Source: Flavobacteriaceae bacterium (GTDB taxonomy: Bacteria > Bacteroidota > Bacteroidia > Flavobacteriales > Flavobacteriaceae). Taken from it: a DNA stretch of 64,000 nt. Both the position numbers and the translations under genes were made by a program. The notes under the pieces are model-generated. The model saw nothing but the letters and a program-made list of their open reading frames with translations, searched no databases and was not told where the DNA came from. How positions within the stretch are numbered: position 1 is the stretch's first letter; each line of letters starts with the position of its first letter. Positions 1 to 8,918 of the stretch are shown piece by piece. The stretch spans positions 66,777 to 130,776 of the forward strand of contig PKDQ01000026.1 in the NCBI GenBank assembly GCA_002862645.1, written 5' to 3'.

Positions 1-2
1 GT

Positions 3-551
3 AAACCTGGAGCAGGAAAAGGAACCCAAGCTGTTTTTTTAAGAAATCATTTTAATTTGATTCACATCTCCACTGGGGATGTTTTTAGATATAACATCAA
101 AAATCAAACGCCGCTTGGTGTTATGGCCAAGCAGTATATGGACAAGGGTGACTTGGTACCAGATGAGGTTACCATCCAAATGCTCGAGAACGAAGTAGAC
201 AAGCAACCCGACGCTGCCGGTTTTATTTTTGATGGTTTTCCAAGAACAATTTCACAGGCCGAAGCCCTTGATGATTTTTTGTCTAGAAAGGATATGGCAA
301 TAGCCGCTACTTTGGCGCTAGATGTCGATGAGGATATATTGGTAAGCCGTTTGTTGTCTCGTGGAAAAGACAGTGGTCGTGCAGATGACCAAGACAAGGA
401 AAAGATTCGAAATCGCTTTGCTGAATACAATGCAAAAACAGCTCCACTAATAGCATATTATACAGCTCAAGAAAAGTTTCACGGCATAGATGGATCAAGA
501 TCCATAGAAGCGATAGCAGATTATCTAACACGTATTGTTGATCAACTGTAA
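3..551 (+). CDS. adk: adenylate kinase, 5' end cut by window edge
   Basis: The frame of ORF 57..551 stays open back to base 3. Upstream of the TTG used by the ORF track it reads [10 protein letters not shown] (P-loop). DGFPRT motif present. Stop overlaps the obg start (TAATG). Confidence 0.9.
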   Translation, partial: KPGAGKGTQAVFLRNHFNLIHISTGDVFRYNIKNQTPLGVMAKQYMDKGDLVPDEVTIQMLENEVDKQPDAAGFIFDGFPRTISQAEALDDFLSRKDMAIAATLALDVDEDILVSRLLSRGKDSGRADDQDKEKIRNRFAEYNAKTAPLIAYYTAQEKFHGIDGSRSIEAIADYLTRIVDQL

Positions 552-1549
552 TGACTGAAGGCAACTTTGTAGATTATGTTAAAATACATGTTACTTCTGG
601 CAACGGAGGCAAGGGATCTACGCACTTTCACAGGGAAAAATACATAACAAAAGGCGGTCCAGATGGCGGCGATGGTGGACGAGGTGGACATGTAATTGTT
701 CGTGGCGATAAGAATCTGTGGACACTTGTTAATTTTAAGTATAAGCGTCATTTTAAAGCAGCGCATGGCGAACACGGAAGTAAGAGTAGGAGTACAGGCG
801 CAGATGGAGAAGATATGATTATTCCTGTTCCTTTGGGAACCATTGTCAAAGACAATGAAACGGGTGAGCAAATAGCTGAAATTACATCTGAATCAGACGT
901 AATTGTGGTGCCTGGTGGTATGGGCGGACGTGGCAACTGGCATTTTAAAAGCCCCACCAATCAAGCACCCCGCTATGCCCAGCCTGGTAAAGAGGGTGTT
1001 GATCGAGACATTACACTAGAATTGAAGGTGCTTGCAGATGTAGGTCTGGTAGGCTTTCCTAATGCCGGCAAATCTACATTGCTGGCGACTTTAACCTCTG
1101 CAAAGCCAAAAATTGCTGATTATCCCTTTACAACGCTAAAGCCTAATTTGGGTATAGTCGAAAACCGCGATTACACTTCTTTTGTAATGGCAGATATTCC
1201 CGGTATTATTGAAGGAGCAGCTGAAGGAAAAGGATTGGGACATTATTTCTTACGGCATATAGAACGCAACAGTGTGTTGCTTTATATTATTCCAGCTGAT
1301 GCGGATGATATTAAAAAACAATTTACTATTTTGAACAGTGAATTGACGCGATATAATCCGGAGTTGTTGGATAAGAATTTTATGATTGGTATCTCAAAAT
1401 CTGATATTTTAGATGAAGAGTTGTATACAGCTATTGAAGGTGAATGTAAGACTGCTTTTGATCAAATTCCTGTTGTCATATTTTCCTCTGTTTCACAACA
1501 GAGTATAACCGCATTGAAAGATAAATTATGGCAATTGCTCAACGACTGA
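551..1549 (+). CDS. obg: GTPase Obg/CgtA
   Basis: 332 aa. Glycine-rich Obg fold [13 protein letters not shown]1 [10 protein letters not shown]3 DIPG. Confidence 0.95.
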   Translation: MTEGNFVDYVKIHVTSGNGGKGSTHFHREKYITKGGPDGGDGGRGGHVIVRGDKNLWTLVNFKYKRHFKAAHGEHGSKSRSTGADGEDMIIPVPLGTIVKDNETGEQIAEITSESDVIVVPGGMGGRGNWHFKSPTNQAPRYAQPGKEGVDRDITLELKVLADVGLVGFPNAGKSTLLATLTSAKPKIADYPFTTLKPNLGIVENRDYTSFVMADIPGIIEGAAEGKGLGHYFLRHIERNSVLLYIIPADADDIKKQFTILNSELTRYNPELLDKNFMIGISKSDILDEELYTAIEGECKTAFDQIPVVIFSSVSQQSITALKDKLWQLLND

Positions 1550-2382
1550 TATTCGTCATTTTTTGTGTCTTTTTTTCCTATGGGCAGCGTATTCCCATCG
1601 CACTTTTTGAGCCGATGGTTATCAACTCTGAGCAGCAGTCACGCATTATTGCACTTGATTCTATCGATGTCAAAACGCTTGCAGAGCAGGAGGAACTCGC
1701 CTTGTTATATGCTAATACACGGGCATATGAACAATCTTTCGATATTTTAGTTTCCCTTGCAAATGATCATCCCACTAATTATGATTATCAGTTTTTATTG
1801 GGTGGCATTGCTGGAATTTTAGCCTCAGAGGTGTCTAGGGTAAAGTCCTTACCATATGTAAGAGCCATGAAAACAGCTTTTGAGCAGGCGGCCCGTATTG
1901 CCCCAGACTCGTTTATAACCCAACTGGTTCTACTAGAACTGTATACCGAATTACCTTGGGTACTGGGCGGGAGTGAAAAAAAAGCCAATAGGGCGCTTAG
2001 CACCATCCAATCATTATCTGACATAGAATATTTTTTAGCAGCTGGTTATTACTATAGGACGACCAAAAAGAATAAAGAAGCATTGGTTGCCTATTTAACT
2101 GCTGTCAATGAAGTGGATTCATGCAGCACACCAGAAGTTTCTAATGATGCCTATTACGTTATGGGTGTATTGAGTTTTTATTTGCAAAAGGACATCACCA
2201 AAGCCCTGTGCTTTTTTGAACACTATGTTGCTCATTTTAATGGGGGCGATCGCTACCCAAAGTCTTTTGCTCGACATTATATTGCCAAGCTAACGTCTGT
2301 TATTCATGTAAATGAGGAGATGGAAGAAAAGCTCTTGACATACGACCCCCTGACAAGGTGGATTCAAAATAACTTTAAGTAA
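1528..2382 (+). CDS. hypothetical protein, probable signal peptide, helix-rich
   Basis: 284 aa. Hydrophobic N-terminus [14 protein letters not shown] recognise no catalytic motif. The ATG lies 22 nt inside the obg 3' end, so the start is uncertain. Confidence 0.45.
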   Translation: MAIAQRLIFVIFCVFFSYGQRIPIALFEPMVINSEQQSRIIALDSIDVKTLAEQEELALLYANTRAYEQSFDILVSLANDHPTNYDYQFLLGGIAGILASEVSRVKSLPYVRAMKTAFEQAARIAPDSFITQLVLLELYTELPWVLGGSEKKANRALSTIQSLSDIEYFLAAGYYYRTTKKNKEALVAYLTAVNEVDSCSTPEVSNDAYYVMGVLSFYLQKDITKALCFFEHYVAHFNGGDRYPKSFARHYIAKLTSVIHVNEEMEEKLLTYDPLTRWIQNNFK

Positions 2383-2389
2383 GGGAATC

Positions 2390-3682
2390 ATGATTTTGAT
2401 TCATACACCTGTAGTTAAGCCTCGTATCATTTATGTTTTTAGGCATTTTATTCAGTATAGATTAGGTCAAGAAGTTTCGTTTACGTCTGATGTCAGTGCA
2501 TTTGTTGCACACAGTGGCCCTAAGATGTCTTACGGCGATGTTCCATTAGGTAATGAGTTTTTTATAGCAGCCAATGGGTTACTTACTGAGCAGGGCGTTA
2601 ACTCGGTGGATATTTCTGTTTTTCAATGGGAAGGCATGCCAGCCTTTTTTGCTACTTCTGCGAAAAGTCAATTGCCATTTGATTTTTTTGCAGCATCCTT
2701 TTATCTGATGAGTAGATATGAGGAATACATGCCTTATGTCCCTGATGATTTGGGTAGATTTAAAGTAGAGCAGTCTTTGGCCCATAACCATAATTTTTTG
2801 GATTTACCCCTAATAGATATGTGGTTTGACCGCTTTGTAGCTGCCTGGACAGATTTTTTTGAATTACCTCCTTTAACTCAGCAAGCCAGTACTACTGAGT
2901 TGATAGTTGAAATTCCACAATTGTATGCCTATAAGTATAAAACTCTGTTCCGTTCTTTCTTTGAGGGGCTTTATGATTTCGGACGCTTAAGATTTGCCAA
3001 GACTTTTGATCGCTTGATGGTGATCTTGCGTTTTCGAGAAGATCCACTTATTGGTTTGATTGAACAAATGGAATCCTTTCGGTCTACGGCGTTATCGTTT
3101 CGTTTTTTTGCTCTTTATGCTGCACTTGGGGTTCATGATAAAAGCTTAAGTATATTTAGTAAAAAACACCAACAAGAACTTAAAAGCTTATCGGATTATG
3201 CGCCTACTGCGCCACTGGCTTCTTTTGAGTCTACCCAAAAAAGCCAAAAGCTTGTTCAAGATATTACTCGTTTTTCTGGGCTAATCCACAGACCCATTAA
3301 AGCCATACGTCAACACAAGTTGGTTTTGCGATTTCCAGACACCTATCGTACCTACGCTTCTTTAGGAATCAAACATGATTATTCTATGCAATACCCTGAT
3401 GTTCCTGGATTTCGTGCTAGCACTGCTCATCCGTTCCGCTTCTACGATTTGAACGAGGAGCAGCAAACACTATTAATGATACATCCCATTTGTTTAAGTG
3501 AGTCACATATACGCGCACAGCAGTATGCTAGAAAAATGCGACAGCTTTTTATCGGTTATCAATATCGCTTGCAAAATTTAAATGCCCCTATGTTGTTGGC
3601 ACTTACGAATGAAAGTTTTAACAGCCGCTCTAAAAATCTTACATTTCTAGCTACATTAAAAAAATTGTTGATTCATGAATAA
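2390..3682 (+). CDS. conserved hypothetical protein, possibly polysaccharide-deacetylase-like
   Basis: 430 aa, no signal peptide. The C-terminal GFRASTAHPFRFYD resembles the GFRAGT..PF motif I associate with a Bacteroidetes deacetylase-like family. This is from memory only and needs an HMM search. Confidence 0.4.
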   Translation: MILIHTPVVKPRIIYVFRHFIQYRLGQEVSFTSDVSAFVAHSGPKMSYGDVPLGNEFFIAANGLLTEQGVNSVDISVFQWEGMPAFFATSAKSQLPFDFFAASFYLMSRYEEYMPYVPDDLGRFKVEQSLAHNHNFLDLPLIDMWFDRFVAAWTDFFELPPLTQQASTTELIVEIPQLYAYKYKTLFRSFFEGLYDFGRLRFAKTFDRLMVILRFREDPLIGLIEQMESFRSTALSFRFFALYAALGVHDKSLSIFSKKHQQELKSLSDYAPTAPLASFESTQKSQKLVQDITRFSGLIHRPIKAIRQHKLVLRFPDTYRTYASLGIKHDYSMQYPDVPGFRASTAHPFRFYDLNEEQQTLLMIHPICLSESHIRAQQYARKMRQLFIGYQYRLQNLNAPMLLALTNESFNSRSKNLTFLATLKKLLIHE

Positions 3683-4364
3683 ATCGACTATTAAGGCGTT
3701 GTATTTTGATTTGGACCACACGCTTTGGGATTTTGAGCAAAACTCTGCACTGGCCTTTAAGGCGCTTTTTAAGCAATACGATTTAGGTCTTGAGCTTGAT
3801 AGTTTCCTCAATGTCTATATACCAAATAACATAGCTTATTGGCGTTTGTATCGCGAAGGTAAGATTGATAAAGAAAAGTTGCGCTACAAACGCCTAAAAA
3901 CTGTTTTTGACCAGTTGAATTACAAAGTATCCGATGCCTTAATTTTTGACATAGCAGATGACTATATTCAAACACTTCCTGAATATAACTCCTTGTTTCC
4001 TGGTGCTATTTTCATATTGGAGGCTCTTAAGCCTCACTATGCCTTGCATATTATTACAAATGGATTTAGAGATGTGCAGCATTTTAAAATGAAAAACTCA
4101 GGACTCTTGCCTTATTTTAAAACGGTAACGGATTCGTCTACTGTAGGTAAGAAAAAGCCAGATCCTGAAATTTTTAATCACGCCCTAAAAATAGGTGGCG
4201 TTAGTTCATCTGAGGCTGTTATGATAGGGGATAGCCTGGAGGCTGATATTGAAGGTGCCTTAAACGTGGGGATGCATGCCGTTCATTTTATGCCTTTGAA
4301 GAAAATACAACCTACTCACTATAAAGAAATTGAACAGCTAAAAGAGTTGACTTTTTTACTTTAG
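3675..4364 (+). CDS. HAD-superfamily hydrolase (YjjG-like nucleotidase/phosphatase type)
   Basis: 229 aa. HAD motif I FDLDHTLWD (DxDxT), GKKKPD, GDSLEADI. Overlaps the upstream ORF by 8 nt. Confidence 0.8.
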   Translation: MNKSTIKALYFDLDHTLWDFEQNSALAFKALFKQYDLGLELDSFLNVYIPNNIAYWRLYREGKIDKEKLRYKRLKTVFDQLNYKVSDALIFDIADDYIQTLPEYNSLFPGAIFILEALKPHYALHIITNGFRDVQHFKMKNSGLLPYFKTVTDSSTVGKKKPDPEIFNHALKIGGVSSSEAVMIGDSLEADIEGALNVGMHAVHFMPLKKIQPTHYKEIEQLKELTFLL

Positions 4365-5080
4365 TTGTTTTGCCTGTGGTATTCATATAGCACTAGCGAA
4401 GCAGCAACAGAAACATTATAGGAGTCCAACACGTCATTGATCGGAATTTTTATTTGGTCATCACAAAGGTTTAGGACACCTTTGCTAATGCCTTTATTTT
4501 CATTTCCCATGACGATACCCAAAGAACGTTTAAGGTTTATTTCTGAAACAAATGAAGTCGCTTTTTCAGTACAGCCAACTAGTGCTATTTCATGTGATTT
4601 TAATATATACATAGCATCTTTAATATGGTTTACACGCACAATGGGAATGTGAAATGCTCCTCCGGCAGAGGCTTGAATAGCAATGTCATTGAGAGGGGCA
4701 CTTCCTGTTTGACCAATGATAATACCACTAGCGCCTAAACCCACTGCAGATCGGATGATGGCCCCAAAGTTTCGCACATCAGTTATGCCGTCGAGTAGCA
4801 TAAAGAGTTGTTGTTTTTCTAAATCAAGAATACTTTCTAAATCAGTAAATTGAATTTGCCCAATTAGTGCCACAAAACCTTGGTGATTTTCTTTGGTTTG
4901 CTTGTATAGTTTTTGCTCAGGAACAAATGAATAAGATATACCAGAACGAATTATTTGTTCCTTAAGATGTGTAGCTGCAGGGTTACTTATTTTGTTTTGA
5001 ATTAATACCTTCTGAACTATTGAAGGATTTTGAATGACCTCTCGTACTGAGTTGATTCCAAATAAAATTCTGTTCTGCAT
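4361..5080 (-). CDS. rlmB: TrmH/SpoU-family 23S rRNA 2'-O-ribose methyltransferase
   Basis: 239 aa. SpoU motifs DGITDVRNFGAIIRSA, GNENKGIS and IPI..LDSYNVSVAA. ATG at 5080. Confidence 0.75.
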   Translation of the reverse strand: MQNRILFGINSVREVIQNPSIVQKVLIQNKISNPAATHLKEQIIRSGISYSFVPEQKLYKQTKENHQGFVALIGQIQFTDLESILDLEKQQLFMLLDGITDVRNFGAIIRSAVGLGASGIIIGQTGSAPLNDIAIQASAGGAFHIPIVRVNHIKDAMYILKSHEIALVGCTEKATSFVSEINLKRSLGIVMGNENKGISKGVLNLCDDQIKIPINDVLDSYNVSVAASLVLYEYHRQNN

Positions 5081-5141
5081 TAAAAAGTATAAAAAATTTA
5101 TTTTTTAAAAATAAACAATAAGAAAGATCTATTTGCCCTAT

Positions 5142-7295
5142 TTATTCCTTAATTAGTTTGAGTGTCATATCTGCTGATTCTTCTCCAGTAATTACTTTAA
5201 CAATATAAATTGATTGAGGAAATTGTGTAACATCAATAATACGATCACTCGATTCAATCATGAGTTTACCCTTGAGGTCATAAATTTTAGCGGTTTTAAA
5301 TGTTCCATCTATTTTTAAAATAGAATTCACAGGATTCGGATAAATAATTATTTCATCATTTATTATTTTATTGAGTGATAGCGTATTGTAGTTACCTACT
5401 TTGAAATCATCCATATAAAAAATATATTGATCAAGTGTTGTTGAGTGAAACCCAATTCTGATGTTTCGACCCTCATATTCACTTAAATCAAATTTATAAT
5501 TTAAATAATCTTCAGGTGGCGTAAGGTTTTCCTGCAAGGTTCCTAAGATATTTTCGTAATTCTCATCAATTACGTATAAATCAATATCCTCCATATATGT
5601 CATGCTTTCATTTTTAGCATTGAATGATATTCCATCTGTTAGTCCGTTTTTTACTTCTATAATTGGTGAAATTAAGTAATCGTCATGAGTAGTTGTATCG
5701 TCATATAAAATATGCCAAGCTCCTTCAATAGTTGTCCCACTTGTAAGGTTTGTTTTAATTCTCCATGAACCCGAATCTCCTCCATTTATAATAACCCAAT
5801 CACCAATTTTCGAAACATTTTCAAAATCATCAAAATATTCTCTCACAATTTTAGAAGTTACAGTAATTTTAGAAGTCTTTTTTAGGTCATTTTCGTAGTT
5901 AGCGCTAACCATTAAAGTATGTCTCATTCCCTGGTCAATATAATCTAAATTCACAGATGTTTCATTTGTTGTATTAGCTCCATTTATAAAGCTATTATAA
6001 GTGTCCCCACCTGAAAAAAGATAGATTGTATTTGAAATTGGATTGTTATAGTTTGACCATGATAGTATACCTCCTGTTTTGCTTTCGTTTTCAATAAAAC
6101 TTACATCTGGTCTTTGAAAATTTATTCCTGTAGCATCAGAATTTATATATGATGTTCTGTTTAGTAACATTGCGTGGTTTGTTAATCTTTGTTGACCAAA
6201 AGTAAATTCAGTAGTGCAACTACCATAATTCATTGTATTTCTCACAATATCTTGGTCTGTACCTGTACCAGTTTTTGTCGGGGACATTATTTTATCAAAT
6301 GTCGGGTCGCAAAAATTAATTTCAGTACTGTTGCATGGCACTTGTGTTGCATTTGCGGTGCTTCTTTTATGTTTTGCCGTATCATCAATTCCATCATCTC
6401 CACATCCATATACTTGTATACCATCCTCAACTCTTAAGTCTCCGTTAAATGTATGAGGTAAACTAAATGCATGACCTAATTCATGTGCTAATGTAGATTT
6501 AACTAATACATCAACAAATGCACAATTTATAATTACAGTTCCATCTGAGATGTTTCCATGAGATCCTGAATAAAATGCATAGCCTTGAATTCCTCCCCTG
6601 TTACAACTACTATCACTTATTGCATTCACAACATAAATATTATAATATTTTTCTGGATTCCAACTAGCGAACTCTCTCATAGAGTTTATCTCAGCATCAC
6701 TATTATAATCATCAATTCCATCACCCGATTCTCCTGTGTAATTAATGCCATGATCTAGGTAGGCTTGATTACTGCTCATATCAACTCTATTTATTCCAGA
6801 TGTTGGTTGACCATTTTCATCAATCTCGGCAAGCTTGAATTTAATATTCATACTTACACCTTCTCCATGTATAGGAGAGGATTCACTATTATTCCAATAG
6901 GTATTAAGATTTTCGATAGATTCAACAACATTTTGTTCTTTAATATTAAGCCCCGTACCAATATTACCACCATCATGAAATATATGTACAACTACTGGGA
7001 TTACATAGTTTTGATTTAAATCTAGAATATCATTGTAAAAATCAAATTTTTCTGAATTAAAATCCAAACTTGAATATTGTTTTATTTCATTGTTATTACT
7101 TAAATATTTTTCAGCTTCGATATTATTAGATGTATTAATAGAATTTATAAATACATTATTTTTTTTTAAATCTTTCAGTAAATCAATTTGTAGATTATTT
7201 TCAGGGTTTATTATATCGTTACCACATCCACCCGACAATAAAGATTGTGCAATAGTTGTAATAGGTAATAATAATAATATTATTAAATATTTCAT
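5142..7295 (-). CDS. secreted M43-type (metzincin) zinc metalloprotease with T9SS C-terminal sorting domain
   Basis: Signal peptide MKYLIILLLLPITTIAQS. HELGHAFSLPH (HExxHxxxxxH), CGDDGIDDT, Met-turn region NTMNYG. C-terminus IIIYPNPVNSILKIDG...IYIVKV is typical of a Por secretion tail. ATG at 7295 is preferred over the TTG at 7304. Confidence 0.8.
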   Translation of the reverse strand: MKYLIILLLLPITTIAQSLLSGGCGNDIINPENNLQIDLLKDLKKNNVFINSINTSNNIEAEKYLSNNNEIKQYSSLDFNSEKFDFYNDILDLNQNYVIPVVVHIFHDGGNIGTGLNIKEQNVVESIENLNTYWNNSESSPIHGEGVSMNIKFKLAEIDENGQPTSGINRVDMSSNQAYLDHGINYTGESGDGIDDYNSDAEINSMREFASWNPEKYYNIYVVNAISDSSCNRGGIQGYAFYSGSHGNISDGTVIINCAFVDVLVKSTLAHELGHAFSLPHTFNGDLRVEDGIQVYGCGDDGIDDTAKHKRSTANATQVPCNSTEINFCDPTFDKIMSPTKTGTGTDQDIVRNTMNYGSCTTEFTFGQQRLTNHAMLLNRTSYINSDATGINFQRPDVSFIENESKTGGILSWSNYNNPISNTIYLFSGGDTYNSFINGANTTNETSVNLDYIDQGMRHTLMVSANYENDLKKTSKITVTSKIVREYFDDFENVSKIGDWVIINGGDSGSWRIKTNLTSGTTIEGAWHILYDDTTTHDDYLISPIIEVKNGLTDGISFNAKNESMTYMEDIDLYVIDENYENILGTLQENLTPPEDYLNYKFDLSEYEGRNIRIGFHSTTLDQYIFYMDDFKVGNYNTLSLNKIINDEIIIYPNPVNSILKIDGTFKTAKIYDLKGKLMIESSDRIIDVTQFPQSIYIVKVITGEESADMTLKLIKE

Positions 7296-7314
7296 ATTAA
7301 ACAATTTAGTATTC

Positions 7315-7322
7315 CAAATTTA
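7315..7322 (-). promoter_or_regulatory. candidate Bacteroidetes -7 box TAAATTTG for the M43 gene
   Basis: Plus strand CAAATTTA is the reverse complement of TAnnTTTG. It lies 19 nt upstream of the ATG at 7295 and just downstream of the susD terminator. No good -33 TTTG. Confidence 0.3.
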
Positions 7323-7334
7323 CAACTTATTAAA

Positions 7335-7364
7335 TAAAAAAAAACCCCGCAAAAGCGAGGTTTT
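7335..7364 (-). terminator. rho-independent terminator after the susD-like gene
   Basis: Minus strand reads AACCTCGC-TTTT-GCGGGGTT (8-bp stem with one mismatch) followed by a T-run of about 9. Confidence 0.7.
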
Positions 7365-7383
7365 ATTTAAAATATCTAAAATA

Positions 7384-8910
7384 TTAGTTTTGACCTGAAA
7401 TATTAGGATTAAACAGTATTTCATTTTCCGGAATTTCAAATGTTAATTTGTCATCATTATGGTTGAAAGATTCACCAGTAAAATCTAGCCAGTTAGAGCC
7501 TCTAGTAATTGTTTTTCTTTGGCGTTTCATCAAGAAATATGATTTTCCTTCAGCAAAGAACTCTACTCGGGTTTGAACATCAATTTCATTTTTAAGATCA
7601 GCTCCAGAAAGCGCGTCAATGTAAGATGTATCACCGATTCTAAGGTCAGCAACAGCTTTTAAGCTTTGTTTTGCTTGGTCTTCTTTTCCGTTTTCATAAG
7701 ATGCCTCTGCATGTAATAGATACATTTCAGCACTTCTCATATAATGCGCATCAGAAGTTACATTTACCTGAGGCCCAGAGAATCTATAATTAATATCTCC
7801 TACCCAACTTGCGGGAATTCCCTCATAGTAGAATTTACCAGCAGGAACTAACCATGAATCTCCATATACTACAAATGGGAATTGTTGAAGTCGAATATCA
7901 TCTGCTCGTATTTGGTCATAAAGACCTCTGTCAATGGATTTCCTATTTCCGACACCAGCATATGCATAGCTGTAAACATCCATGAATCCCCACCATGTGA
8001 ATAAAGATGCTAATTCTTGACTTGTCGTAATATCTATTCCCCACATTATCCCTGGATGATCATTAACTCTATTAAAGCCACCTAAGACTTCAGCATTAGT
8101 CATAATTGGGTATCCTGCACCAACAACTTTAGCTGCATATTCCTCGCATTTAACCCAATCGTTAAGTGCTCCATATGAATAAGCTAAAAATGCGCGTACC
8201 AGATCTTGATTAATTTCAATTTTAGTTTTTCTAACAAATCCGTCTAGTAGCGTTTCAGCTGCTAGAAGGTCAGAAATAACTAAATTCATTACAGCACTAA
8301 GACTACTTTTTCCTTGCTCAGACTGATCAGCACTTGTGTAAAGGGGTAAAACTTCCTTACTTGTATCCGAAATATCATCAACATAAAGGTGACAAAGTAA
8401 GTAATATGCGTAAGCTCTCGCTGCTAACGCCTGTCCCATTGTCTGTCTTTTTCCATCTGTATCCAATTCACCAAGTAAACCTGTTTCATCAGCACCTCCA
8501 AGACCATCAATTACTAGGTTTGAAAGATTTATCAATCGATAAAGCATTCTCCAGTGCATGTAATTAAATTTGTTATCAGGACTTAACGTTTCTGTAAGTT
8601 CTGAAATTGATGTTTGACGATTGTAACTTTTTCCAGTGTGCGCCATGTCTCCTGATAAAATATCAGTGTTTATGTCAATTATTTTCAAACCAAAATCTTC
8701 TTGACCTTGACCACCTCCACTACCAAGACGATAAAACTGCTCATATATTCCAAACAGTGTACCTTCTGCGGCAGCTGGATTTACAGCTAGAGCTTCACCT
8801 ACTTGTTCTTGGGATAAACTATCAGTAGGGTAGGTTTCCAAAAATTCTTCATCACATGAAACGGTAATGAAAAGTATGGATAGTACGTATATTAATTTAT
8901 TAAGTTTCAT
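7384..8910 (-). CDS. SusD/RagB-family outer-membrane nutrient-binding lipoprotein
   Basis: 508 aa. Lipoprotein signal MKLNKLIYVLSILFITVSC. Helix-rich TPR-like body. Lies 8 nt downstream of the SusC-like gene. Confidence 0.85.
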   Translation of the reverse strand: MKLNKLIYVLSILFITVSCDEEFLETYPTDSLSQEQVGEALAVNPAAAEGTLFGIYEQFYRLGSGGGQGQEDFGLKIIDINTDILSGDMAHTGKSYNRQTSISELTETLSPDNKFNYMHWRMLYRLINLSNLVIDGLGGADETGLLGELDTDGKRQTMGQALAARAYAYYLLCHLYVDDISDTSKEVLPLYTSADQSEQGKSSLSAVMNLVISDLLAAETLLDGFVRKTKIEINQDLVRAFLAYSYGALNDWVKCEEYAAKVVGAGYPIMTNAEVLGGFNRVNDHPGIMWGIDITTSQELASLFTWWGFMDVYSYAYAGVGNRKSIDRGLYDQIRADDIRLQQFPFVVYGDSWLVPAGKFYYEGIPASWVGDINYRFSGPQVNVTSDAHYMRSAEMYLLHAEASYENGKEDQAKQSLKAVADLRIGDTSYIDALSGADLKNEIDVQTRVEFFAEGKSYFLMKRQRKTITRGSNWLDFTGESFNHNDDKLTFEIPENEILFNPNISGQN

Positions 8911-8918
8911 AATTTATA

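Noticed and set aside
5097-5115. TTTATTTTT-T-AAAAATAAA hairpin downstream of the M43 gene, considered as a terminator.
   Set aside because: The stem is entirely A/T with a 1-nt loop and would be thermodynamically negligible. It cannot be distinguished from AT-rich background.
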